From the NCBI GenBank assembly GCA_950097015.1, contig CATNEN010000035.1, positions 806,001-870,000 of the forward strand: DNA of 64,000 bases. The letters are read 5' to 3'. The translations under genes and the position numbers were made by a program. The DNA is from Macrostomum hystrix. Lineage: Eukaryota; Animalia; Platyhelminthes. The first letter of the stretch is position 1. Every line of letters starts with the position of its first letter. Shown piece by piece: positions 49,998 to 62,606 of the stretch. Under the pieces are notes generated by a model. It did no database searches. It was not told the origin of the DNA and worked only from the letters and a program-made list of their open reading frames with translations.

Positions 49998-52900
49998 TTA
50001 CCATGTTGTATGCAAAATGGAACAAGCATAAACATTACTACTATTGGTGCCATAAACATTACATGGGATGGCAAATAGTTTAGATTTAACTTCGCTGGCT
50101 GGACATATCTTTAATGGCTTCTGCAGATTGCTTAGTTTGTAAACACCAACATTAGAAGAATTGAAAGGAAGACTAAAGTAGTTGTCACAGATAGAAAACT
50201 GACGATGTACAAGCAGTGTTGTGTGATTAGTAGGATGATAAAGTATATTGAACAGCTTGCATGCCTTGATCGGAGCCTCACTCACATTGTCAGTAATTTA
50301 AAAAAATGCATCTCGTTGCTTCAGAGTCAGCTTCATATCTTTGCTTACATGAACACACTTATATTGAACATACTGATTGCAGTAGTTAGGTAGCTCAGTT
50401 AAGTTAGAAAAGTGCTGCCCAGTCACACAAGGGAATGTGCTATCATCTAAAATATGATGCCCAAGGCACTGGTTGCTTTCTGCAACTCTGTTAGCTAGCT
50501 GTTCCAGAGGCAAGTATGGTGATCGAATTGTTCTTTTGATGTATCGATTGAAATTTTCAAAAATAAAAGATGAAAACTGTTCAATGTGACCATGTCTTAT
50601 ATAGTCCTCCAAGAGATGCTGTAAACCATGAACAACTGGACTGAAAAAACTGGATCCAAGAACATCATTAATGGATACAAAAAAGCATCCAGAACTCTCT
50701 CAGCCAGTAGTGGCTGATTGGTGACCAGTTTTTCTGAGTTTAACAGTCGTGCTGCTAGGTGTAGACACAGGAGTAAATCCATGAACCTTTGGTCCTTGAC
50801 AAATTTAGGCAATACCAGTGGGATCAGATAGGTAATGAAAAGACGGATTTCAGTTGCTTTCCAGAGCCTAATATGATTAAAAGCTCTAGGTTTTCTTTGA
50901 AAATCAGATGGAACATATGGCCCAATTCTGTCCAAAAGGCAACTTAACTCTCGCTGGCAATTGAGATTAAGCCTTGACTGTAGAGGACCACTTTGTAGAA
51001 TAACCAGAAGTTTAAGACCTACACCCTTGTAAAAAATATGCAATGAATCCATTGGAAATGCATCAACCATATCAATTGTTGTTTCTTCAAAAGCGGATGG
51101 TTCACGATGATGATGCTCTTCTTGAATATGGTTGCGAAACGAATTGTCTGTTCTTCTCTCTGCCTTTAAATCAGGGAAAACAACACTTCTGGATTCTTGA
51201 CTATATTGTCCTCGTGTTACACATCTGTCACAAGAAAAATATCCAGTACATCCTGCTGTGTTTTTGACAAACTTTTTGGCTGGCAGGTCACAAACAATCC
51301 ATTTAAGTGAAACGGTATAGTTGCTTTTGTCTACATTAATATACCATTTCCACTCCAAGTCTGTCACAAGTAACTTCAAATCTGCCGTAGATAGCAGAAA
51401 GGCATACATTCAGCTCGCAAGCCGAGCGCCAACTTAAGAGTCTATGGTTAAAGCTCAGATCAATTCTGTCAAAAGTAACTTCAAATCTGTCCACTGAACA
51501 GATAACGAAACAAAGGTTTATTTTGAACAGTGCTCTCAAATTAAAGCAACAAATTCTGTAATTCACTATGCTAACATGCCTGCTACAGTCAATCAGTTGC
51601 ATAGATATTTCAAGCAAAAATATCGCGACGATCCAAGCAGGCCTGTCCGTAACTCAACGTGTGCAGGTGCCATCGTAGGCTGTGGTCATGTGTCAGATGA
51701 GGCATGCTGACATGCGATTCGCGAATCAGAATGCTCAGTCGCCAGTTGTGCAATGTCATCGCAGCCTGCGCTGCGGCGGCGCGATCACCCAGCTCTCTAA
51801 CCACTGCCGGTTCTGTCAGTCGTCTCTTTACTGGGGGCCTTCAGTGCTGAGATGGCCATCTCAGTCGCATTGAGAAACGGAGAATACACGGGTAGAAAAC
51901 GTATGATTTGGTCTTCCCTTTGCATCGGAAGTACGTTGGTGTGGGCTCTCTCATTGTCCGCCACCATCACGAATGGTGCGTCAACAAGTACAGACACCTC
52001 CGAGCAGAATGCAGTGAAGCGTTCTTCTGTGAAGCCACCAACGTGACATGCATAGTGAACCAATCCAAGCTGGGGACTCACTGCGAGAACGACGGTGACA
52101 TTGGGACCGCGCTGACCATCGGTAATTCGCACAGCACGATCGCTAGCAGCTGACCAGCCTTTAGACCGCGAAGTCCACAAGTTAAAGCCACATTCATCGA
52201 CGTATATCAGATGCTCTTGAAGATGACCCTCATTCATCATCCATTGCATGTACATCGCTCGCGCATCCTTGGTGCCTGGCACATTCCAGCCCGCGTGCAC
52301 ATGCCTGACGTCCTTTAAGGTTATCAGAGTACCGTCTAGCTTCTTGCTCAGGCATTGAGTAGAAACAGCGGGTGCGTCGGGAAATTCAACAGTCAGCCTC
52401 TCGCATTTCACTCAATGTGATGGTCGGCTTCTCAGCAACATACCGGTGAAGTGCTTGAAGCATCTGTTCACTTACTTTCACGTGTCTAGCCCCTCCTCTT
52501 GCTCTGTATTCTGTCCGGTTTTCCTCTAGATAGCGCTTTAGGATCAAGTTTGCGGTGGTCCTTTTGATTCCGAGGTCAATGGCCAGTCTCCTCCAGTCCC
52601 GTCCAGTGTTGTAGCTGTTAACCAGGCGCTGCCTGTCTATTAAGCATATTCTTGCATAGGGCATGGTGGGTAAGGCAAGAAAAATCGTTGTGAACTCGCC
52701 TTGCTGTCAACATATATATCTCTGACAGATTTGAACTTACTTGTGACAGAATTTATATGTAAGATTGCCATAGACGAATAAGTTTCACTGTTAAAATCTG
52801 AGTGTGTCTATAAAGAAGTTTTCTAGTCTTTACTGCTTTGGTTTCAACTCCCTATCTGTTCAGTGGACAGATTTGAAGTTACTTTTGACAGAATTGATCT

Positions 52901-53799
52901 GAGCTTTAACCATAGACTCTTAAGTTGGCGCTCGGCTTGCGAGCTGAATGTATGCCTTTCTGCTATCTATGGCAGATTTGAAGTTACTTGTGACAGACTT
53001 GGAGTGGAAAAGGTATAGTAGGATTTTGACTAAATTGTTGCAGTTCATATACCAGATCTTTTAAAAATTGGCTTGACGAAGTGGGTTTATTACTGCCATA
53101 ATAAACTCCAATTACAAAGACAGAACTTCAAATCTCAGAAATAGAACCAAGAATAACCCAGAAACTAGTAACAGAACTCTTAAAGAGAGGCACACCATCA
53201 ATGTTAATGACAAGAGACAATGCTTCACTTTTAAGCTTAGTTGCAGAAATGCTTAAAATGTAGTTCAGTCCAGATAGCACACCAAAGTGACAATACCTTC
53301 CAGATGCAAGATCAACAACCTGAAATTTGTCATTCTTCTTTTTACATTGAAACAATGTTCTAGCATCAGCAGGCAGTTCAGGAATCACAGTTTTTTAAAT
53401 GTGCAATAACTCTGTTATACCAACTGTAGAAACATTAAACTTGCAAGCCCAATCTTTCAAGTCCTTTGGAACATTAGCAACAGCAGCACTTCTAATATCA
53501 TTTTCTGATACACTTGCACTTGACTCAGACTCAGATGACACAATGACAGAACCATCACATGTAGCTTCACTATATTGTTGTTGCTCTAGAACTTCATGCT
53601 CCTGTTCTTGGTGCTCTAGAATTTGGTTATCTTGCTCTTGCTGATCCAGAATTTCCAAATCTTGCTCATCAGGTTGGTTAAATAATTCAACTGAACCTTC
53701 ATTGTCATTTCCAACACTTATACTACTTGAAGAAGAACTGTCAGATTCAGCCAATAGAAACCTATTTATTTGATGAGATTCCCAACGTTTATTGCTCAT
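49998..53799 (-). pseudogene. CACTA/EnSpm-like transposase gene, interrupted by the IS630/Tc1 element, with a few stops and frameshifts
   Basis: ELPADARTL, INIDGVPLFKSS..SFW, VCDLPAKKFVK..GCTGYFSCDRC, PMDSLH, FQRKPR...WKATE.R and FIFENF. Excising 51342-53015 restores QNPTINVDKSNY in frame. Confidence 0.87.
51342..53015 (-). mobile_element. IS630/Tc1/mariner-superfamily element with 163-bp IR-DR-type TIRs
   Basis: TIRs at 51342-51504 and 52853-53015, TA TSD at 51340-41 and 53016-17. HTH ORF 52386-52664 plus YVDECGF, VADNERAH and LPVYSPFLNATE; one frameshift near 52400. Confidence 0.92.
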
Positions 53800-56743
53800 T
53801 AATAATAAAAAAGCCTTTGTAAATGTTTGTACTTCGTATATTTACAATGCTTTAATCTGAAATAATAAAATACATTTTGTCTGATCTTTGTGCACGATGG
53901 TAGGGTTATACAAATCATTTGTATAAATACATAAATTAATTTGTAATATTCCTTGAATATAGCTAGAGCACATGAAACAAATTATGCCAACCCTATTGCA
54001 ATAAGTTCCAAAAACCCAAGGACGTGCAGCACAGGTTCAAAAAAATCATGTCAAAAGTGCTTCGATCACACGCCACAGAAAAATCTCAATTTTTCCCACA
54101 GAAAGTTAACACACAAAAATAACAAAAAGGGGTTCCATTACTGTGACATGGTTGATTTTAGCAGCGTCACTGGCTGTTTCCCCAAATGACTGTTTTTGAA
54201 TGCCTGTCTTCTCTCTGCCTGCAGAATGCCTGAGTGTCTATTTTTAGCTCTCCCTCTCTCTCCCTTTGTCATTGATTGTCTCTCTTGCTGCTCTGTAGGG
54301 CAGTCTATATTTAAGTCTATATCAGTTGTTTATGGCACAAAAAGTGTTCTGATATTGTTTGGATTTCTTGCAGCTTGATGATTTTAACATGTGTTTAATA
54401 ATATATCAGTGATCACTTCTACTCTAGCCTAATTGTTCACTGAATTCCAACCTACTTGGGATAAAAATGCAGTTGGGAAAATTGCTTTGAATGAAATGGC
54501 TTTTAGGCAAAATAGACTTTTGGATACCCCACAGGTATGCTATTATGCTATGTACCAAGCCAATATGTTATATGTGCACCCCACCACCATGCTCAGAAAT
54601 CAGATAGCTTGATAAGTGTACTGGACCCAATCCATGATAAAAAGACTGATGTAATACACAAGACTTTTGTTGCTAAATTCTTCTTAGGCTTACAATACAG
54701 GCTAAGCATAAAGGCTAAGCTGACAACTAAAATGGCTAATAGGGCAATTTACTGAAATCTAGTATTTTTAAATGAAATTTGTGATTGTGATAGTGATATG
54801 ATACAAAAAACATAACTAAGCTTCTGTAAACTAGTTAGGATGTAAGTCATCCCAATCATGCCATCAATTTGTCTGGCTGCAAATTAATGGGCCCATATAA
54901 TTTGTAGTGGTTATTTGCTACATCTTATGGCCTTACCTTAGGCCTACTTATATAATAATCAACATTGAGCAACTAAAACCTTTGCTCCACTAATAACCAA
55001 ATTTTTCAAACTTGACACAAGTTCAAGTATTTTTTAACTAATGATCCCATTGCATTATTACTGGTATGCGAATTTGCATCTTAGGTCCTGCTTGTGAATG
55101 CGAATCTGAAAGTTAAGGTGTGATTTTTTTATTTTTTGCCCAATTAATGGACTGCAAAAAAAATTGGATGCGAATTCGTATCCTGGGATGAATTTCAGGA
55201 TGCGATTTAGAAAGTAAGGCGCAGCAAAGCAATAAGCGACTAAATTGACTGGGCTAGTAAAATCTGCTCTGTCTGCATGTCCACCGACCAGTAGCTGGAC
55301 AAATGGCGTCATGGCTATTGTCCCACCGAGAAAATAACAACTTCCATCATACCATCACTGATTTGTATTTGGCTATAAGACATACATAAAAAAGCAATGA
55401 AAACATATGCACTACCGTCAGCCTGTCCCTAATTAAAGGTGAAAACCTGTATCTTTAAACTAGTACATTACCAAAACTAAAAAATTGCAAAGCACGCACA
55501 TACGCTTATAAAATAAATTATAAGATGTTAAAAGAAGCAATGGAGAGCTAAACGTGCAGTGTGAGCGTGCGTGCGCGCAACGCAAAAATGACACGCAGAT
55601 CAAAGCAATTCAGTACCTAACGTTTTAACAAAGTTGCAGCAGTTCAATAATATGGCATTGCAAAGTTTGGAAACGGAGCCCTAGTTAATTACAAAAACAT
55701 ATTACTTTTTACAAACATACAAACTTAGTAAGGTATAAAAAGTTATACATTATTATTTCTAAAATTATTTTTATTACTCAAATCTGACCGCGTCCACCTA
55801 GTCCGAATTAGACACCGTTGGTCATAATTTGACGTCTAGCAGAAAGTCGGGAATTAGACGTATCTTTAAGACTTAAAATTGCTGTCATTTGATCCGAACA
55901 CCTTCATTTTTATTACATAAATAGTTCATTTAGTATTACTAATGTGACCCGTTACCTTAAATTTATGCTAAACATGAACTTTACATATCGCCGAATCCCG
56001 ACGTCTAACCGACTGCTGACAGACGTCTAAATGTTTGAACGGGAAGTGAATCCATATTCTAAACCCCCTTGAAGCAGAGCCTCCACTACAGGCTGCCATG
56101 TCCACCTGCAGATAAAATTAATCTTGCCCACTACTAATAAGTCAAAGACATTGAACAGCTACACCCTAGTTGACAATGCCTTATCGAATCTTAAAAGATC
56201 TGACTTACCAATCTTATAATTTCATGCATGATCGCGTAAGTATTTATTTGGAGAATCTTACCAGATCTTGCAATGTATTGCATGAATGAGATAAGATCTT
56301 GCGCGAAAAAGTAATGATCTTGCAAGAATTCCCACTTAACCAAAATTATCGCCCCTTCATCGTCCCGATATCGCCTTCTGATTAGCCCTGATATCTGAGC
56401 GTCATCGCCTAACTTATCGCCTATGCATCAAAAGTGGTCATCTTAATCTACTCGCCTCGGTATCGCCCCGCGATATCGCCGGGCGAGATGTAGGTGATTG
56501 CGAGGCGATTAAATCGACTTTTACTACTTTCAGTATTATTATTTGAGAAACAGCATACCGAGTTTACCATTATTGCTATAAAAAAATGAATCGAATTTGC
56601 ATTATAGTGCATTTCGTTGCTTTCTAATATCGTTTCAAACTACCGTTAAACAAACGTTTGCCCAAGTAGCTTATATATTTTAATTTCAAACTGTTGGAGA
56701 CAAACTGTCCGAAAAGTAATGTTAATAAATGTCAAAGGAAATG

Positions 56744-58967
56744 TTAATTGGGATTGTTCCCAGAATCAACAGCATTTATGCGCTTTTTGTGCTCCCTAGT
56801 AACATCTGTGGCGTGCATCAAAACATAGGATATAGCACCATTGATCTCTGCAGCCGTGCCTTGGCTAGAATTGAGAACTAAATCGTGCACTGAAGTTCCT
56901 TTGAACTTTCGCTTCAAACCACCACTGCCGGTGAAGCTGAACTTTGCCATTATTGCTGGAGCCATTAAGTGTCTCATGATTCGCCTGGTCGTGTCCCGAA
57001 GGTCTCTTCCACCAAGATTTTTTAGCTGCCGACCCTGCGATGCAAGCGAGAAAGTTAATTTTTTAACGAGGATATTATAAACAATGCTATACAGTTCGTT
57101 CATGGCAATATTAAGATCCACGAATGAGCTCTAAAATAGGGAAATTATATTGACCCACTGGGAAAATCACTGATTTAATTGATCATCTTAAAAGTTTATC
57201 AAATAAATGGTAACTTACAAAGCTTTCGCTGTTGGAACTCTCTTTGAGCCACGTATCAAATCGCTCAAGATCATCGTCGTTCGATAAGGGCAGCGAGACC
57301 GGAGGCTTGATAGCGAATTTACAAGGGCCATTTTGCGAAAGCAGAATTGAAATCTGCCTCGAGTTGCATTCGGCGATCTCGCGAATGGCCGATAACTCGC
57401 GCAGAACGCGGTCTAAATTTATAGGATCAGATAGTTTAGTGGTGATTATCTTGGTATTTTAAAGGACACGTGCGATAAATGTTTGCATGCACTTCTATAT
57501 GATAATCTACAGTTGTTGACTGCCTTAGTGGAATCATCGTGTTGTCTATAAATACAAGATTATTTATCCCCGTAAGGATCATCGCTTATGGATTTCTTAG
57601 TGGAATCATCGTGTTGTCTATAAATACAAGATTATTTATCCCCGTAAGGATCATCGCTTATGGATTCCTACTTCCTATTCTTAGTTCAAGCATTCACAAG
57701 CATCTGAGCTGTTTGTGAATGTGTAAGGATCTTATTTGTACAGCAACTAGACTTACTAGAAAATCGAGAGGCTGACTGGGCTGAAGCGCCTTGAGTAGCA
57801 AGCTGTAGTCGATGGGGTGTCGCCGGATTGACACTCACAGTCGCAGAGAAAGGCGAGAGGCTGCGTCCCGAAGACAGATTGGGCTGGCGACTGGAGGTGG
57901 TAAATTTGCAGAAAGGTACCTTATGTAATTAGTATTTGCGGGACTCATGCACTTGGTCTAAATCGGGAGTCGGGAAGCTTGCCAAGCCACCGCAGCGGTG
58001 CTACCGAAGACCGCAGAACAGTTTAGAGAAATATATACTAGACTTCCTTTCATAGACGTGTTTTTCTCGATCTAAAAGTGTAAATATATCGCTCACTTCT
58101 GATACTGATACAGTTACTGATACTAATGGTTTACCAATTTCTACCATGCTAGAAGAAGCGTTGCCAACCCCAGGTCTAAAACACCAAAAAACCTGACTTA
58201 CTAGGAAGTTCAGTGAGTGACTGGGACGACGCGGCCTGATTAGCAGACTGTGGTTGACGAACTTCTGTTAAAGGCGAATCGACCGTCGCCAACAGAGACA
58301 AGGAGTTAGGTCTACAAGTCGAAGAAAAGCGGCCAGGCCCTGAGTCGAAATCAGCTGCGTGGCTCACAGGGAATTCAGGAACATCAGGACAGTCATCAGC
58401 AGAATCATTGCTAGATGAAGAGATCTCTTGCCTTGCCCTTTTTCGACCGCGCTTGTCTTTCGATTTAGTCGTTTTCAGCTTGGCCTGAGGGCTTTCACAA
58501 TTTTCAGATTCGGAAGAATCGGAATCACCGCTATCATTGTGCTTTGATGCAGCAGCATCTCTGCCCCGGTAGACATTTAGAGATGGTCTTGGTCGGCTTT
58601 CCTCTGGGTCGGTTGTCAGCTCCATCATACCAGCTTCCGCCAGTTTTATTCGCCTTCTAGCCTGAAGTTCATCCTCTGAAATGTGCAAGGAATCAAGAAT
58701 TGCAGCTAGCTCATTTTTAACCATACGATAAAAAGAAAGTACACAAGTATACCACACTTACTAGTTTTAGATATAAGAGTCACGCAGTGAAGCTCCCAGT
58801 TCTCAGATGGAAGCACCCCTTTTGAGCGCATAGTGGAGACTCTGTTTGCCGCGACAGGAGGCCAGTAACACTTGGTGAGTCCAACCATCCAGGATGATGG
58901 GACATATTCAACATAGCGAATCGTACCCGACTCAGAATTGCTGACAAACTCAACGATGCAGAACATC
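56744..58967 (-). pseudogene. Spliced CACTA accessory gene (DUF4806-like C-terminus)
   Basis: MFCIVEF...VPSSW...CYWPP at the N-terminus. GT-AG joins give TK|DELQARRRIKLAE and ESF|GRQLKNLGGRDLRDTTRRIM...FSFTG..KRKF. Confidence 0.68.
57524..57667 (+). repeat. 72-bp tandem duplication inside an intron
   Basis: CTTAGTGGAATCATCGTG...GCTTATGGATT occurs at 57524 and 57596. Confidence 0.9.
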
Positions 58968-59310
58968 TTTTCGGTGCTTTGTTGATTTAAAAAATGTGCT
59001 AGCTGGAATGTATAGTTATAACAGTATTGTCTCATAAATATATAGCATCAATGCCACAAGACATTAAAAAAAACCCTAAATATCCTAACTTTAAGTCCAT
59101 GAGAAACATTGATTAACTAATTAAAATATAAAAAGCGATAAAGACAATCATATATATATATATACAATGGATAGCTATATTAGTTTATTTAATAAGAAAT
59201 TAATGTTAGACTTTATGCATTTATGCACTTCATTTAAACAGAGATCGAATAAAACTACACAAATCAACATGACAAATTAGCAAGGATACATGTCCTTGCA
59301 CTGCACACAC

Positions 59311-59805
59311 TTAAAGTGCACCTTCATTTAGGTGCAGAGGAAAGGCAAAAATGATATTATTAAGCGGAAGGACACAAGCCTTGCAGAAAATGCAAGAAAA
59401 TGGCAAATACAATATGTCATCACACAGTTCCGATATACGGAAAATATGAAGCTTAGTTGAATCAGTTGGATAAGTGTATGCTGGTAAGTATCTTCTGTAC
59501 TTTTGGCATACCAAATAGTTACTGCTTGAGCCACTAAGAATACACAAGATTTTATAGCAAAAATGACTGGAATAAAAAAATGACAATCATTGCTGTCAAC
59601 TGAAAATCGAACATCATTGATGTAGCATCAATGATGAAAACTTATCAAAATTTGCATACTGGACAGAAACATTGAAAAATTTGTTTTTACATTTAAAAGT
59701 AACATCATTTTTGTCTTTGAGAACAGGCAATAGACCTTCAAATTCTGTCAAACGATTTGAGCATTGCTCCAGTGGCAAGTTGCTTGAGCGTTGCTTGATA
59801 TGCAA
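59311..59805 (-). pseudogene. C-terminal fragment of another CACTA transposase
   Basis: PLEQCSNRLTE and YPTDSTKLHIFRISEL parallel the 50000-50600 segment. Confidence 0.5.
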
Positions 59806-59844
59806 AAAAATTTCATACTTCCACTATACTAAAAATGAAATGGT

Positions 59845-59960
59845 TGCTTGGTTGCTTGCTTGCTTGCTTGTAATTGATTTTCTCCCGAACGGCTCAACCA
59901 ATTTTCACCATTTCTTCACCAAAAGATGCCAAATATGGGGACAATTTTACACGTATTTTT
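59845..59960 (+). mobile_element. Helitron/Helentron (DINE-like) end fragment
   Basis: A (GCTT)n microsatellite is followed by TTCTCCCGAACGGCTCAACCAATTTTCACCA, resembling DINE/HINE terminal sequence (recalled). Confidence 0.35.
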
Positions 59961-60486
59961 ATTAAGCTTAACTTTATTGCTAAAGGGATTAAATATTCGA
60001 AAAACATGATTTTTCAAAGGTCAAACCATCTTGGCCTATTGAGAATTTTACTCACTGCCACTGAATTAGAATTGCATCGTAAAATTGCGCAACAACCCCT
60101 AGCTGATTGAATTTGAAGCCTGCACTCTGGAGACAAATTTGAAATAAATGTACACAACCAACCGCGAGACTGAGTGTACTCTATTTTCTTACTTTATTGT
60201 ACAAAGCCAGAACTTTAAGAATTCATTTTATAAGGCAGATTTTTGCACCCACTAACCAACAGTCGGAATAGCCGATGTGTAGGCATCGGTTAGGAATAGG
60301 TTAGGCTAGGCTAGGGTTCGATTCTGCACTGCGTCAAATCATTTAGACTAATTTTCAGCCAGTAGTAATTGAAGATTATTTTATTTTATTTTTTTCATTT
60401 CGTAAATAAAATATCATAAATCATAGCAAATCTGAGTTTGAATCATTGCGAAAATAGAGTTTGAATCAATGACAAAACCAGCGTTT

Positions 60487-62286
60487 AAATCATGACTAAC
60501 CCAGAGTTTGAATCATGGCTAAACCAGAGTTTGAATCATGGCTAAACCAGAGTTCGAATCATGGCTAAACCAGAGTCTGAATCATGGCAAAACCAAGTCT
60601 GAATCATGGCTAAACCATCGTTTGAATCATGGCTAAACCATCGTTTGAATCATGGCTAAACCATAGTTTGAATCATGGCTAAACCATCGTTTGAATCATG
60701 GCTAAACCAGAGTTTGAATCATGGCTAAACCAGAGTTTGAATCATGGCTAAACCAGAGTTTGAATCATGACTAAACCAGAGTTTGAATCATGGCTAAACC
60801 AGAGTTTGAATCATGGCTAAACCAGAGTTTGAATCATGGCTAAACCAGAGTCTGAATCATGGCTAAACCATCGTTTGAATCATGGCTAAACCATCGTTTG
60901 AATCATGGCTAAACCAGAGTTTGAATCATGGCTAAACCAGAGTCTGAATCATGGCTAAACCATCGTTTGAATCATGGCTAAACCATCGTTTGAATCATGG
61001 CTAAACCATAGTTTGAATCATGGCTAAACCATAGTTTGAATCATGGCTAAACCAGAGTTTGAATCATGGCTAAACCATAGTTTGAATCATGGCTAAACCA
61101 GAGTTTGAATCATGGCTAAACCATAGTTTGAATCATGGCTAAACCAGAGTTTGAATCATGGCTAAACCATCGTTTGAATCATGGCTAAACCATCGTTTGA
61201 ATCATGGCTAAACCAGAGTTTGAATCATGGCTAAACCAGAGTTTGAATCATGGCTAAACCATAGTTTGAATCATGGCTAAACCATAGTTTGAATCATGGC
61301 TAAACCAGAGTTTGAATTATGGCTAAACCAGAGTTTGAATCATGGCTAAACCAGAGTTTGAATCATGGCTAAACCAGAGTTTGAATCATGGCTAAACCAG
61401 AGTTTAAAATTATGGCTAAACCATCGTTTGAATCATGGCTAAACCAGATTTTGAATCATGGCTAAACCAGATTTTGAATCATGGCTAAACCATCGTTTGA
61501 ATCATGGCTAAACCATCGTTTGAATCATGGCTAAACCAGAGTTTGAATCATGGCTAAACCAGAGTTTGAATCATGGCTAAACCAGAGTTCGAATCATGGC
61601 TAAACCAGAGTTTGAATCATGGCTAAACCATCGTTTGAATCATGGCTAAACCAGAGTTTGAATCATGGCTAAACCAGAGTCTGAATCATGGCTAAACCAT
61701 CGTTTGAATCATGGCTAAACCATCGTTTGAATCATGGCTAAACCAGAGTCTGAATCATGGCTAAACCATCGTTTGAATCATGGCTAAACCATCGTTTGAA
61801 TCATGGCTAAACCAGAGTTTGAATCATGGCTAAACCATAGTTTGAATCATGGCTAAACCATAGTTTGAATCATGGCTAAACCAGAGTTTGAATCATGGCT
61901 AAACCATAGTTTGAATCATGGCTAAACCAGAGTTTGAATCATGGCTAAACCATAGTTTGAATCATGGCTAAACCAGAGTTTGAATCATGGCTAAACCAGA
62001 GTCTGAATCATGGCTAAACCATCGTTTGAATCATGGCTAAACCATCGTTTGAATCATGGCTAAACCAGAGTTTGAATCATGGCTAAACCAGAGTTTGAAT
62101 CATGGCTAAACCAGAGTTTGAATCATGGCTAAACCAGAGTTTGAATCATGGCTAAACCAGAGTTTGAATCATGGCTAAACCAGAGTTTAAAATCATGGCT
62201 AAACCAGAGTTTGAATCATGGCTAAACCAGAGTCTTAATCATGGCTAAACCAGATCTTGAATCATGGCTAAACCATCGTTTGAATC
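60487..62286. repeat. 23-bp satellite (ATGGCTAAACCAGAGTTTGAATC), ~78 copies
   Basis: Visible period of 23, with variants CAGA/CATC/CATA. Confidence 0.97.
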
Positions 62287-62494
62287 AACGGCAAAAGCAA
62301 CACGAAACACTTTTTTATCCAGTAAACATAATTCTTTATTTATTCTTTTTTTGTATATTCTTTATATTTAAAGAACGAAGTCAATCGCACGAAACTAACA
62401 AGGCAACACAGCCGTGTGCAAACCGAGCGAGCTGACCTCCGTGACCGCCTGGCGTCATATATAGACTTTATATTTAAAGTCTTTCTTTATTTGC

Positions 62495-62529
62495 GCTGCT
62501 GCTGCTGTTGCTGCTGCTGCTGTTGCTGT

Positions 62530-62571
<42 letters not shown>

Positions 62572-62606
62572 TGCTGCTGTTGTTGTTGTTGTTGTTGTTG
62601 TTGTTG
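62495..62606 (-). repeat. (CAA)n/(CAG)n trinucleotide tail of the adjacent LINE
   Basis: About 37 triplets. Pure CAA next to the element grades into CAG. Confidence 0.9.

Noticed and set aside
57514-58146. TG...CA solo-LTR candidate within the intron
   Set aside because: No target-site duplication found, and the apparent CA end coincides with a splice donor.
60487-62286. CRISPR-like array
   Set aside because: Head-to-tail 23-bp units with no unique spacers, no cas genes, and a eukaryotic context.
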